From: an uncultured Pseudomonadota bacterium
GTDB taxonomy: Bacteria; Pseudomonadota; Alphaproteobacteria; Rs-D84
Assembly (NCBI GenBank): GCA_900320405.1
Contig: OOHM01000002.1
Location: 236,461-300,460 of the forward strand
Reading direction: 5' to 3'
Length of the DNA: 64,000 nucleotides
This document shows, piece by piece, positions 51,274 through 59,225 of this stretch. The translations under genes and the position numbers were made by a program. The notes beneath the pieces are model-generated. The model saw only the letters and a list, made by a program, of their open reading frames with translations, was not told the DNA's origin and ran no database searches. The stretch's first letter is position 1; every line of letters starts with the position of its first letter.

Positions 51274-52593
51274 ATGAAATTTATATCAAAATATTTTGGT
51301 AAATTAACCGATTTGCAGAAACGCATTCTGTTTACATTGGGGGCGTTGATTATTTATCGTGTTGGGTCGTTTATTCCGTTGCCGGGTGTTAACGCATCTG
51401 CGGTTCTGCATTTGTTCACGGGCGAAGGCAGTGGTATGATGGGTATGTTCGATATGTTCACCGGTGGTTCGCTGTCGCGTATGTCGGTGTTGGCGTTGAA
51501 CATTTTCCCATATATCTCGGCGTCTATCGTGTTGCAATTGTTAACCGCAACCAGCAAATCGTTAAATGATTTGCGCAAAGAAGGCGAATCGGGTCGTGTA
51601 AAAATCAATCAATATACACGCTATCTGGCGGTGTTGTTGGCGGTGGTCCAGGGTTGGGCTGTTGTCCGCGGCTTGGAAATGATGGCGCCGGTAAATGGTG
51701 TGCGCGCGGTGGTAAATCCGGGATTTTCGTTTGAATTGTCGGCGATTATCGCGTTGGTTGGTGGAACCGTATTCGTTATGTGGTTGGCGGAACAGATTAC
51801 TGCACGTGGCATAGGACAGGGTGCATCACTGTTGATTTTCGCGGGTATTATCGCCCAGGTTCCCGAAGGTATTGCAAAAATCGTATCGTTGGGTTCGGTC
51901 GGACAAATGTCCCCGGCGATGATTGCGTTGGTTTTGGGATTTGTGGTTGGTATTGTCGCGTTGATTGCGTTCTTTGAATTGGCTCAGCGTCGTATTCAAA
52001 TTCTGTATCCGCGCCAGGTTATGGCGAACGGCGTTGTGAACACTAACGCGTCGTATTTGCCGATTAAGGTGAATATGTCTGGTGTTATGGGTCCGGTGTT
52101 TGCGTCATCTATTATGATGTTGCCGGCGTTTATTCAACGGTTTGCGCAAAGTGAAAATTTGGTTGTACAAAATATTATGGCGTTCTTTACCTATGGTGCG
52201 TGGTCGTACATTATTTTGTACACGGTTTTGATTGCGTTCTTTGCATATTTCCAAACCGCGGTTGTGTTCAATTCCGAAGAAACCAGTAATAATTTGCGTA
52301 ATGCCGGTGGCTACATCCCAGGTGTGCGTCCGGGTGAACAGACAATTACGTTCTTGGATTCTTTGGTGTCGCGTGTGACGGCGATTGGTGTTTTGTATTT
52401 GATTGTGGTTTGCGTGTTGCCAATCATATTGAATACTCATTTTGGTATGCCATTAATGATTGGCGGTACCAGTGTTTTAATCGTTGCGGGTGTTGTTTTG
52501 GATACCATGAACCAGGTTCAATCGTATCTGGTTGCGAAACAATATCACGGCGTTATGGGCGCCACCGCAAAGAAAGGGCGTTTCCGCAACTAA
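51274..52593 (+). CDS. secY: Preprotein translocase SecY
   Basis: 439 aa. Ten TM helices. 'RGIGQGASLLIFAGI' SecY signature. Confidence 0.95.
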   Translation: MKFISKYFGKLTDLQKRILFTLGALIIYRVGSFIPLPGVNASAVLHLFTGEGSGMMGMFDMFTGGSLSRMSVLALNIFPYISASIVLQLLTATSKSLNDLRKEGESGRVKINQYTRYLAVLLAVVQGWAVVRGLEMMAPVNGVRAVVNPGFSFELSAIIALVGGTVFVMWLAEQITARGIGQGASLLIFAGIIAQVPEGIAKIVSLGSVGQMSPAMIALVLGFVVGIVALIAFFELAQRRIQILYPRQVMANGVVNTNASYLPIKVNMSGVMGPVFASSIMMLPAFIQRFAQSENLVVQNIMAFFTYGAWSYIILYTVLIAFFAYFQTAVVFNSEETSNNLRNAGGYIPGVRPGEQTITFLDSLVSRVTAIGVLYLIVVCVLPIILNTHFGMPLMIGGTSVLIVAGVVLDTMNQVQSYLVAKQYHGVMGATAKKGRFRN

Positions 52594-52741
52594 GTACGGT
52601 TTGCGTGAAACAAGTGGTTTGACTTTTGCGATAATTTATATAGAATTATTCGACAAAGGTGAATGTTCGGTGGCGGGTGTCATCGGGCGAAATGGCGGGG
52701 CGGGGTCGTCCCAAGGTAAAAAATAAAAAGGAAAAGTAAAA

Positions 52742-53119
52742 ATGGCACGTATAGCAGGTGTAAACATTCCGACAGAAAAACGTATCGAGGCCGCGCTGCA
52801 ATATATTCACGGCATCGGTCCGGCCAAGGCCGCACAAATCTGCAAAGATTTGAAATTGCGTGATGGTCTGCGCGCGAAAGATTTGACTGACGAGGATGTT
52901 GTTAAAATTTCGAACTATATCGAACAAAATTTCAAGGTCGAAGGTGATGTTCGCCGTGAAGTTGCAATGAACATTAAACGTTTGCAAGATTTGAAAACAT
53001 ATCGCGGTATTCGTCATCGTAACCGTTTGCCCGTTCGTGGTCAACGGACCCAAACAAATGCGCGTACACGTAAAGGTAAACGCGTCGTCGTCGCGGGTTC
53101 TGCGGTCAAGGGTAAATAA
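52742..53119 (+). CDS. rpsM: 30S ribosomal protein S13
   Basis: '[14 protein letters not shown]' S13. Confidence 0.95.
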   Translation: MARIAGVNIPTEKRIEAALQYIHGIGPAKAAQICKDLKLRDGLRAKDLTDEDVVKISNYIEQNFKVEGDVRREVAMNIKRLQDLKTYRGIRHRNRLPVRGQRTQTNARTRKGKRVVVAGSAVKGK

Positions 53120-53183
53120 TAAAATTGGGTAGAGATTAACACGATAGTTAATTGAAGACATCTAATCAAAGGAAAAAATAAAA

Positions 53184-53561
53184 ATGGCAATAAATAAAAA
53201 GAAAGTTGTAAAAAAAGTATCTCATGGCATCGCACATGTCGTTGCCACGAACAATAACACACGTATAACAATTACGGATCAATCGGGTGCCGTGTTGACA
53301 TGGGCAACCGCGGGCGCAAATAATTTCAAAGGCGCCAAAAAATCGACCCCATATGCCGCGACGGTTGTTGCAGACGCCGTTGGTAAACGGGTTGCCGAAA
53401 TGGGCATGAAAACGGTTGATGTCCTTATGCGTGGTATTGGCCAGGGTCGTGAATCCGCCGTTCGTGGTTTGGCAAATGCCGGCCTGGTGGTACAGAGTAT
53501 TACCGATACAACACGTATTCCGCACAACGGATGCAGACCAAAGAAAGTCCGTCGTGTGTAA
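53184..53561 (+). CDS. rpsK: 30S ribosomal protein S11
   Basis: 'GIAHVVATNNNTRITITD' S11. Confidence 0.95.
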   Translation: MAINKKKVVKKVSHGIAHVVATNNNTRITITDQSGAVLTWATAGANNFKGAKKSTPYAATVVADAVGKRVAEMGMKTVDVLMRGIGQGRESAVRGLANAGLVVQSITDTTRIPHNGCRPKKVRRV

Positions 53562-53588
53562 AAAAATCCGCCAAACGGCGGATTTTTT

Positions 53589-53686
53589 CGTCATCCCGGT
53601 ATATTTATCTCGTCATCCCGGCGTAGGCCGGGATCTTTTTAGCCTTCGACGAGACTGAATGGGTCCCGACTTTCGTCGGGATGACG
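53589..53686. repeat. Palindromic repeat element family 1, second copy (plus a partial terminus at 53589-53599)
   Basis: 'cgtcatcccggcgtaggccgggatc...gacgagactgaatgggtcccgac...gtcgggatgacg' aligns with 2944-3059. Confidence 0.6.
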
Positions 53687-53724
53687 TTTTTTAGTAACCA
53701 TTAAATATTTTTGTCAAATAAAAC

Positions 53725-53752
53725 TTGACAACGAATTTTTGTGTCCTATAAT
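53725..53752 (+). promoter_or_regulatory. Strong sigma70-like promoter TTGACA-N16-TATAAT
   Basis: Drives the inserted gene at 53780. Confidence 0.5.
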
Positions 53753-53779
53753 ATTGACGAATAACCAAAAGGGACACAA

Positions 53780-54100
53780 ATGAAAAAAACAATTTTGACT
53801 TCTTTGTTTGCTGCGATTATCGCCGCGAATGCCAATGCATCTGATGGTGGTCTGTACGCAGAAACAGAAACATATACAAACCGCGTTCGTTACAATACGG
53901 TTGAATACACTGCACCGGTCGAACAACGCGTTGCCCCGGTGGCGACATGCAATTCTTGCGCGCAGCCGGTTCGCGTTAAAACCCATACCGAAGTAATTGA
54001 TCATTACCAGGTTTATCGTCCGGTCACAGTTTATGAACCGGCGGGTACATATGCGGAACGCCGTGTTGTTCGCAACACATGCAACCGTTGCAACTACTAA
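53780..54100 (+). CDS. Small secreted Cys-containing protein (106 aa)
   Basis: Signal MKKTILTSLFAAIIAANANA. CNSC...CNRC pairs. Followed by a terminator at 54131-54158. Confidence 0.55.
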   Translation: MKKTILTSLFAAIIAANANASDGGLYAETETYTNRVRYNTVEYTAPVEQRVAPVATCNSCAQPVRVKTHTEVIDHYQVYRPVTVYEPAGTYAERRVVRNTCNRCNY

Positions 54101-54130
54101 TTTAATTCAAGTTTGTGTAAGTAGTGTTCA

Positions 54131-54158
54131 TACGCGGGGCAAATGCCCCGCGTGTTTT
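54131..54158 (+). terminator. Rho-independent terminator ('acgcggggcaaatgccccgcgt' plus T-run)
   Basis: The same hairpin sequence recurs after rplQ at 58922-58950. Confidence 0.55.
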
Positions 54159-54230
54159 TATAAAATTTCCCTTTTATTTTTCCCTTTTATTTGTTTGTTT
54201 TTTATGTTAAAATTATGAGACATAAGAGAG

Positions 54231-56210
54231 ATGAAATTTTCATTGGGTATTTTGTGTGGTGTTTTGTGTGCCGCGTTTATTGCGCCGGCGGTGGCGAATG
54301 TTGCCACAACGGCGGGGTCTAATTTGACCGCATATCACGGTACGGGTTCAACGAACAACAATCAATGGAACACTTTGATGACCGGGCGTGGCGGAATGTC
54401 AGCGACCGCGGCGGATGCGAATTTTGGAAACTGTAATGCGGTGATTCTGCGGTGTGCGTCGCCAAAATGCAGTGGTGGCGGGTGTTATGATATGAATGTT
54501 GCGCGTCCGATTGTTGCGGGTTGTGTGAATTCGAACGCGTCGTGCAAGAAACATGGTGATGCGTTGATTGATTATATCACTGCCCAGATTGTGGCACAAT
54601 CAAACGCAAAGCAGCAAGAACAGGCGAACGCCGTCGCGTTGGCCCAGGCACAGGCCGAAGCCCAGGCCGCCGCATCTGCGGCCGCCGCCGCGCAAAGTAA
54701 TGCCCAAATGCAGCAAATGCAACAACAGATGCAGCAAATGCAGGAACAGATGGCGGAATCTATGTCCGCGATGCAGCAACAAATGGCGGCGCAAAGCGAA
54801 TCGCAAAACGCACAAATTCAATCTGCGTTGGACGCGCAACGCGAAAATATGGCGGCATATAATGCACCGGCAAATAATGGCGATACGGGTGCGGTGATTG
54901 CGGGACTGGAGGGTCTGTCGGTGGCGGAACAATTGGCGGCGAAAAACGGAATCAGTGCCGATATTTTGGTGCGCGAACAAATGGGTGGCAAAATTGAAAC
55001 CGCAATAGAAGACGCAATGACCGCGATGAAAGATTTAAAGGGTAAATTGGATGCGGTTTTGGAATACGCGGGTTGTGACCCGTCGGCAACGAACTGCACG
55101 GGGCCAAAGCGCGTGAAAAAATTCAAAGATTTGGCAAATGAATTCTTTGACCCGTATGAAAATGTTGTGGAAAATGTCTATGATGCGTTGATATTGGCAA
55201 TGACATTGGGTATAGATGTGAACGACGTTATTATGTTGTTGTCTGATTCATGTAATATGTGGGGTAAATACGTGTGTAATTCTTGTCAGTATAGCAATCC
55301 ATTGCCGGCGGGTTGTACATGCTTTGGTGAAGATGACAGAAGTAATTGTTATTATCGTGTTGAAACAGACAACGAAGGCAAGGTTTCCAAAAATCAAAAA
55401 AATTGCCGATTGGTTAGCATCTTAAATGAAAAAGATACGGTATGGCGCGAATGGATTGACGCGAACACCGGTATGACCGGTTCGACCCAGGTTGCATGTG
55501 CGTCTGATGTTGTTATGAATATACCAATGTTCCGCGGAATGAAGAAAAATGCAACAATGGATATTGATAACCTGCGCCGGTTGGTGAACCAAGATTCTTA
55601 TTCTTGCCGTGGAAAAATGGACAGTGGCAATTTTGTATTGACCAATCGTGATGCGATTGAAGATTGTGGTTTGAATATGTGCGCGGTAAATCCAAACGAA
55701 AATTCCGAGGCATATAAACTGCTGTACGATACTGTGCGCACCCGTAAATTACCCAAGGTTGACAAGACGGCAAAATCGTTGTGCTGGGAAACTTTCGATG
55801 ACGCCCCCCGCAGTGTTAAGAACATAGACCCGACGGTGGTTTCGATTTTGGATGCAGGCTGTGCTGTATTTAATTTCTCTCAGGAGTTGTGTGATAGCAG
55901 ACAAGACTGTATTTATGATTCCAATGCAAAAAAATGTGTTGCGAGTGCGGGATATAAAATAAGTGCTAAATCGATTTCCACTAGCGAAGCTATTGCAAAG
56001 TACGGTGTGGTAGATAAGTTAGAGGCACGAGATGTTGTTGTGGATAAGAATCTGTCTGCGGGTGATATGCCAGATATGTCGAAGTTTAGGAATTTTGCAG
56101 ATTGTTTAGCAAGTATGACGTTGTATTTTGCTGATATGAATGATGGGTATACGAATGCCAATGCGGGCAGTGAAGCGCAGGACTTTTGCAATCAATGGTA
56201 TAGTAGATGA
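54231..56210 (+). CDS. Large secreted Cys-rich protein with Q/A-rich coiled-coil segment (659 aa)
   Basis: Signal MKFSLGILCGVLCAAFIAPAVA. N-terminal C-x7-C-x4-C-x5-C module. 'QMQQMQQQMQQMQEQM' tract. About 35 Cys. Confidence 0.6.
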   Translation: MKFSLGILCGVLCAAFIAPAVANVATTAGSNLTAYHGTGSTNNNQWNTLMTGRGGMSATAADANFGNCNAVILRCASPKCSGGGCYDMNVARPIVAGCVNSNASCKKHGDALIDYITAQIVAQSNAKQQEQANAVALAQAQAEAQAAASAAAAAQSNAQMQQMQQQMQQMQEQMAESMSAMQQQMAAQSESQNAQIQSALDAQRENMAAYNAPANNGDTGAVIAGLEGLSVAEQLAAKNGISADILVREQMGGKIETAIEDAMTAMKDLKGKLDAVLEYAGCDPSATNCTGPKRVKKFKDLANEFFDPYENVVENVYDALILAMTLGIDVNDVIMLLSDSCNMWGKYVCNSCQYSNPLPAGCTCFGEDDRSNCYYRVETDNEGKVSKNQKNCRLVSILNEKDTVWREWIDANTGMTGSTQVACASDVVMNIPMFRGMKKNATMDIDNLRRLVNQDSYSCRGKMDSGNFVLTNRDAIEDCGLNMCAVNPNENSEAYKLLYDTVRTRKLPKVDKTAKSLCWETFDDAPRSVKNIDPTVVSILDAGCAVFNFSQELCDSRQDCIYDSNAKKCVASAGYKISAKSISTSEAIAKYGVVDKLEARDVVVDKNLSAGDMPDMSKFRNFADCLASMTLYFADMNDGYTNANAGSEAQDFCNQWYSR

Positions 56211-56944
56211 AACAAAAAATGAAAATTTTTAATGTTGTTTTTGGTGTGCTGATATGCCTGGCGCCGGTTGGTGCGCGTGCCGCCGGTGATTTTGAATGTG
56301 GTTATTTTAATCCGGCGTTTGGTCTGTGTTCAACTCATTCGCATAATATTGGTGCGATGGACGATAAAACAAATTTACCGGTGAATCCGACAAAGTCGGA
56401 AGAAACCGCACAAATGAATGATGTTATCGCGTTGAAGTCTACGGTTATTGCGCAACAATTAAAAGAACAATATGATGCGTTGAACGCCGTTATTAAACGT
56501 TTCAAAACCCAATTGGAAAAGGCCGTTTTGACCAGTAAGATAGAGGTCATCACCGGCAACACCGCATCCGGCAATTCTGGCGGTGGCGCATCTGCATCCA
56601 GTTCATATAACAACAATGGATTGGCCAATGCCGAAGATTGTGATAATGTTTTAGATATGGCGAATGTTTATGATTGTCTTAATCGTAATTTAACCAAGAT
56701 TTCCCAGGCGGTGGATAATGATTTATCTGGTGCACGTAAACAGTTGAAGAATGATATTAAGGTAATGGACGGTTACAAGGTTTGTGGTGATTCCACATCT
56801 GATTGTATTAGTGATGCAAGTTGCAAAAGTATAGATGGTAGTAAAAACAACATAAAAGAATGTGTCAAAGCGTTACAAAGAAGACTAAAGGTTGCAAAAA
56901 ACGATTTTGATAGAAAGAATGCCCAGGCGCGTTATGGCCGTTAG
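56207..56944 (+). CDS. Secreted Cys-containing coiled-coil protein (245 aa)
   Basis: Overlaps the previous stop (atga). Signal peptide. Gly/Ser tract. C-x4-C-x5-C motifs. Confidence 0.55.
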   Translation: MKQKMKIFNVVFGVLICLAPVGARAAGDFECGYFNPAFGLCSTHSHNIGAMDDKTNLPVNPTKSEETAQMNDVIALKSTVIAQQLKEQYDALNAVIKRFKTQLEKAVLTSKIEVITGNTASGNSGGGASASSSYNNNGLANAEDCDNVLDMANVYDCLNRNLTKISQAVDNDLSGARKQLKNDIKVMDGYKVCGDSTSDCISDASCKSIDGSKNNIKECVKALQRRLKVAKNDFDRKNAQARYGR

Positions 56945-56973
56945 AAAACCGCTGCTTAAAATTACACTATTTC

Positions 56974-57001
56974 TTGACTTTTCCTAAAAAACGCTATAAA
57001 A
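56974..57001 (+). promoter_or_regulatory. Putative promoter for rpoA (TTGACT-N15/16-TATAAA)
   Basis: rpoA is separated from rpsK by the 3.5-kb insertion and appears to carry its own promoter-like hexamers. Confidence 0.4.
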
Positions 57002-57072
57002 TGCGCGGGCACGTAAGGGTTTATGTGCGGCCGATTGGCGAAAATGATAAACTAAGCTAAAAGGAAATTTAA

Positions 57073-58101
57073 ATGATTGAAAAAAATTGGATGACTTTAA
57101 TCAAGCCAAAAAAACTGAATATCACAACCGATGAACACAATCCGAATATGGCGACATTGGTCGCAGAACCGTTGGAAAAGGGTTTCGGTTTAACACTGGG
57201 GACCGCGTTGCGTCGTGTGTTGCTGTCTTCACTTCAGGGTTGCGCACCGTTGTATGTCAAAATTGATGGCGTTCAACACGAATTTTCCAGTATCCAGGGT
57301 GTTCACGAAGATGTCGCGGATATCTTATTAAACCTGAAAGGTGTTTATTTCAAGGCAAATTCCGAAGGTCAGCACAAGGCCACACTGCGTGTGTCCGGTC
57401 CGGCCGTGGTCAAGGCGGGTATGATTGAAACATCCAGTGCAATCGAAATTATGAATCCGGATGCGGAAATCTGCACATTGGACAAAGGTGCCGAATTAGA
57501 TATGGAAATTACATTGGGTACGGGTCGTGGTTATGTTCCGGCGACCGCGCATGCCGATGGTTTGCCGTTGGGCGTAATTCCGGTTGACTCGATTTTCTCG
57601 CCGATTTTGAATGTGGCGTCTAATGTTTCCGAAACGCGTGTTGGCCAATCGACCGACTTTGATAAATTGGAATTGACCGTCAAAACAAACGGCAGTGTTT
57701 CACCCGAAGACGCAATCGCGTTTGCGGCACGCATTTTGACCGACCAATTGACCGTGTTTATCAACTTTGAAGATCCGGCACAAATCAATGCGCCGACCGA
57801 AGAAGAGGTTGCCAAAGATGCATTGCAATTCGATCCAAAATTGTTGAAACGCGTTGATGAATTGGAATTGTCTGTTCGTGCAAATAACTGTTTGAAGAAC
57901 GACAAGATTAATTGGTTGGGCGAATTGGTTCAAAAGACCGAGGCCGATATGTTAAAGACCCCGAACTTTGGACGCAAATCGTTGAACGAAATCAAAATCC
58001 AACTTGAGGCAATGGGGCTTGGCCTGGGGATGGAAGTTCCGGGTTGGCCACCAGAAAATATTGCGGAGTTGGCGAAAAAATACGAAGACCCATACAAATA
58101 A
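57073..58101 (+). CDS. rpoA: DNA-directed RNA polymerase alpha subunit
   Basis: 342 aa. '[12 protein letters not shown]...[22 protein letters not shown]' is the alpha NTD. The CTD is '[12 protein letters not shown]'. Confidence 0.95.
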   Translation: MIEKNWMTLIKPKKLNITTDEHNPNMATLVAEPLEKGFGLTLGTALRRVLLSSLQGCAPLYVKIDGVQHEFSSIQGVHEDVADILLNLKGVYFKANSEGQHKATLRVSGPAVVKAGMIETSSAIEIMNPDAEICTLDKGAELDMEITLGTGRGYVPATAHADGLPLGVIPVDSIFSPILNVASNVSETRVGQSTDFDKLELTVKTNGSVSPEDAIAFAARILTDQLTVFINFEDPAQINAPTEEEVAKDALQFDPKLLKRVDELELSVRANNCLKNDKINWLGELVQKTEADMLKTPNFGRKSLNEIKIQLEAMGLGLGMEVPGWPPENIAELAKKYEDPYK

Positions 58102-58323
58102 AACAATTTATATGGGCTCTTGTCGCGATTGCCGGTTCTTATGTAGGTCGACTACACTGCGAACCGTCAATCGCATCCAATAACCTCATATAAATTGTTT
58201 TCTTGAAATTGGCAATTTATATGAGAAAAACGCGTGTTGCTGGGGCGCGCTCCGGGGCACGAAATCTGGTAAAATCCCACTTGTAAAAGAGCAGGGCGGA
58301 AACAAAATAAAGGAGTAACCGAT

Positions 58324-58899
58324 ATGAGACACCAGAAATCAGGTCGCACATTTAATCGCGACACAAATGCACGCAAGGCTTTGTTTATCGGCCTGGCGAA
58401 AAACCTTATTGAAAAAGAACAAATTAAAACAACTTTGCCCAAGGCCAAAGATTTACGCAGTGTCGTAGAAAAATTGGTTACCCGTGCCAAGGTTGATACC
58501 GTTGCAAATCGCCGGTTGGTTGCGGCCGAATTGGGTAATGCAAGTGCGGCAACCGTGAAAAAGTTGTTTACCGTTTTAGGACCGCGCTATGCCAAACGCC
58601 CGGGCGGATATACCCGCGTGTTAAAGGCTGGTTTCCGTTATGGTGATGCGGCACCGATGGCAATAATTGAATTTATTGACCGCGATGTGAATGCGAAAAA
58701 GCCGGTTGCAAAACCGACCGTCGCGGCGGCGGATGCAAAAGAAGCGGTGGCGACAGAAGCGGAAGCCAAGAAAGCCGACAAAGCGCCAAAGGCCGAAAAA
58801 GCGACAGCAAAAAAAGTCGCAACAAAGGAACCTGCGGCGAAAAAAGCAACCGGGGCAACAAAGACCGTTGCGGTGAAACGTCGCGCCACAGGCAAATAA
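58324..58899 (+). CDS. rplQ: 50S ribosomal protein L17 with Ala/Lys-rich C-terminal extension
   Basis: '[21 protein letters not shown]' L17 core of about 125 aa, plus about 65 aa of an AKKA-rich tail. Confidence 0.85.
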   Translation: MRHQKSGRTFNRDTNARKALFIGLAKNLIEKEQIKTTLPKAKDLRSVVEKLVTRAKVDTVANRRLVAAELGNASAATVKKLFTVLGPRYAKRPGGYTRVLKAGFRYGDAAPMAIIEFIDRDVNAKKPVAKPTVAAADAKEAVATEAEAKKADKAPKAEKATAKKVATKEPAAKKATGATKTVAVKRRATGK

Positions 58900-58921
58900 G
58901 TGTTAGTGTAATGATTAGTGA

Positions 58922-58950
58922 ACGCGGGGCAATCGCCCCGCGTGTTTTTT
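58922..58950 (+). terminator. Rho-independent terminator after rplQ
   Basis: 'acgcggggcaatcgccccgcgt' plus T6. Confidence 0.6.
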
Positions 58951-58970
58951 GTTGGGGGTGAAGTTCCCCT

Positions 58971-59010
58971 CCATCGGGCCCCACAAAATTTGAGAAAATT
59001 TTGTGGGTGA
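58971..59010. repeat. Family 2 palindrome 'CATCGGGCCCCACAAAATTTGAGAAAATTTTGTGGGTGATAA'
   Basis: Near-identical copies lie at 32951-32990 and 30731-30762. Confidence 0.6.
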
Positions 59011-59225
59011 TAATCGGAGGGGTGGCGCCGAACGGCGACGGGGTGGGGTATTAATTATGTAATGTGTTTTTATTAACCCCCACCTCTCGGCGTTCCGCCG
59101 TACTCCTCCGTGGGAGGAGAACTTGGTCTGTATCGGCGCATACCGTCATCTCTTCGGTCTCGTTGTTAATCAAAGAGACCCCGCTTTTCAGCGGGGTGAC
59201 GAACCGTAATGCGGGCAATTTTGTT

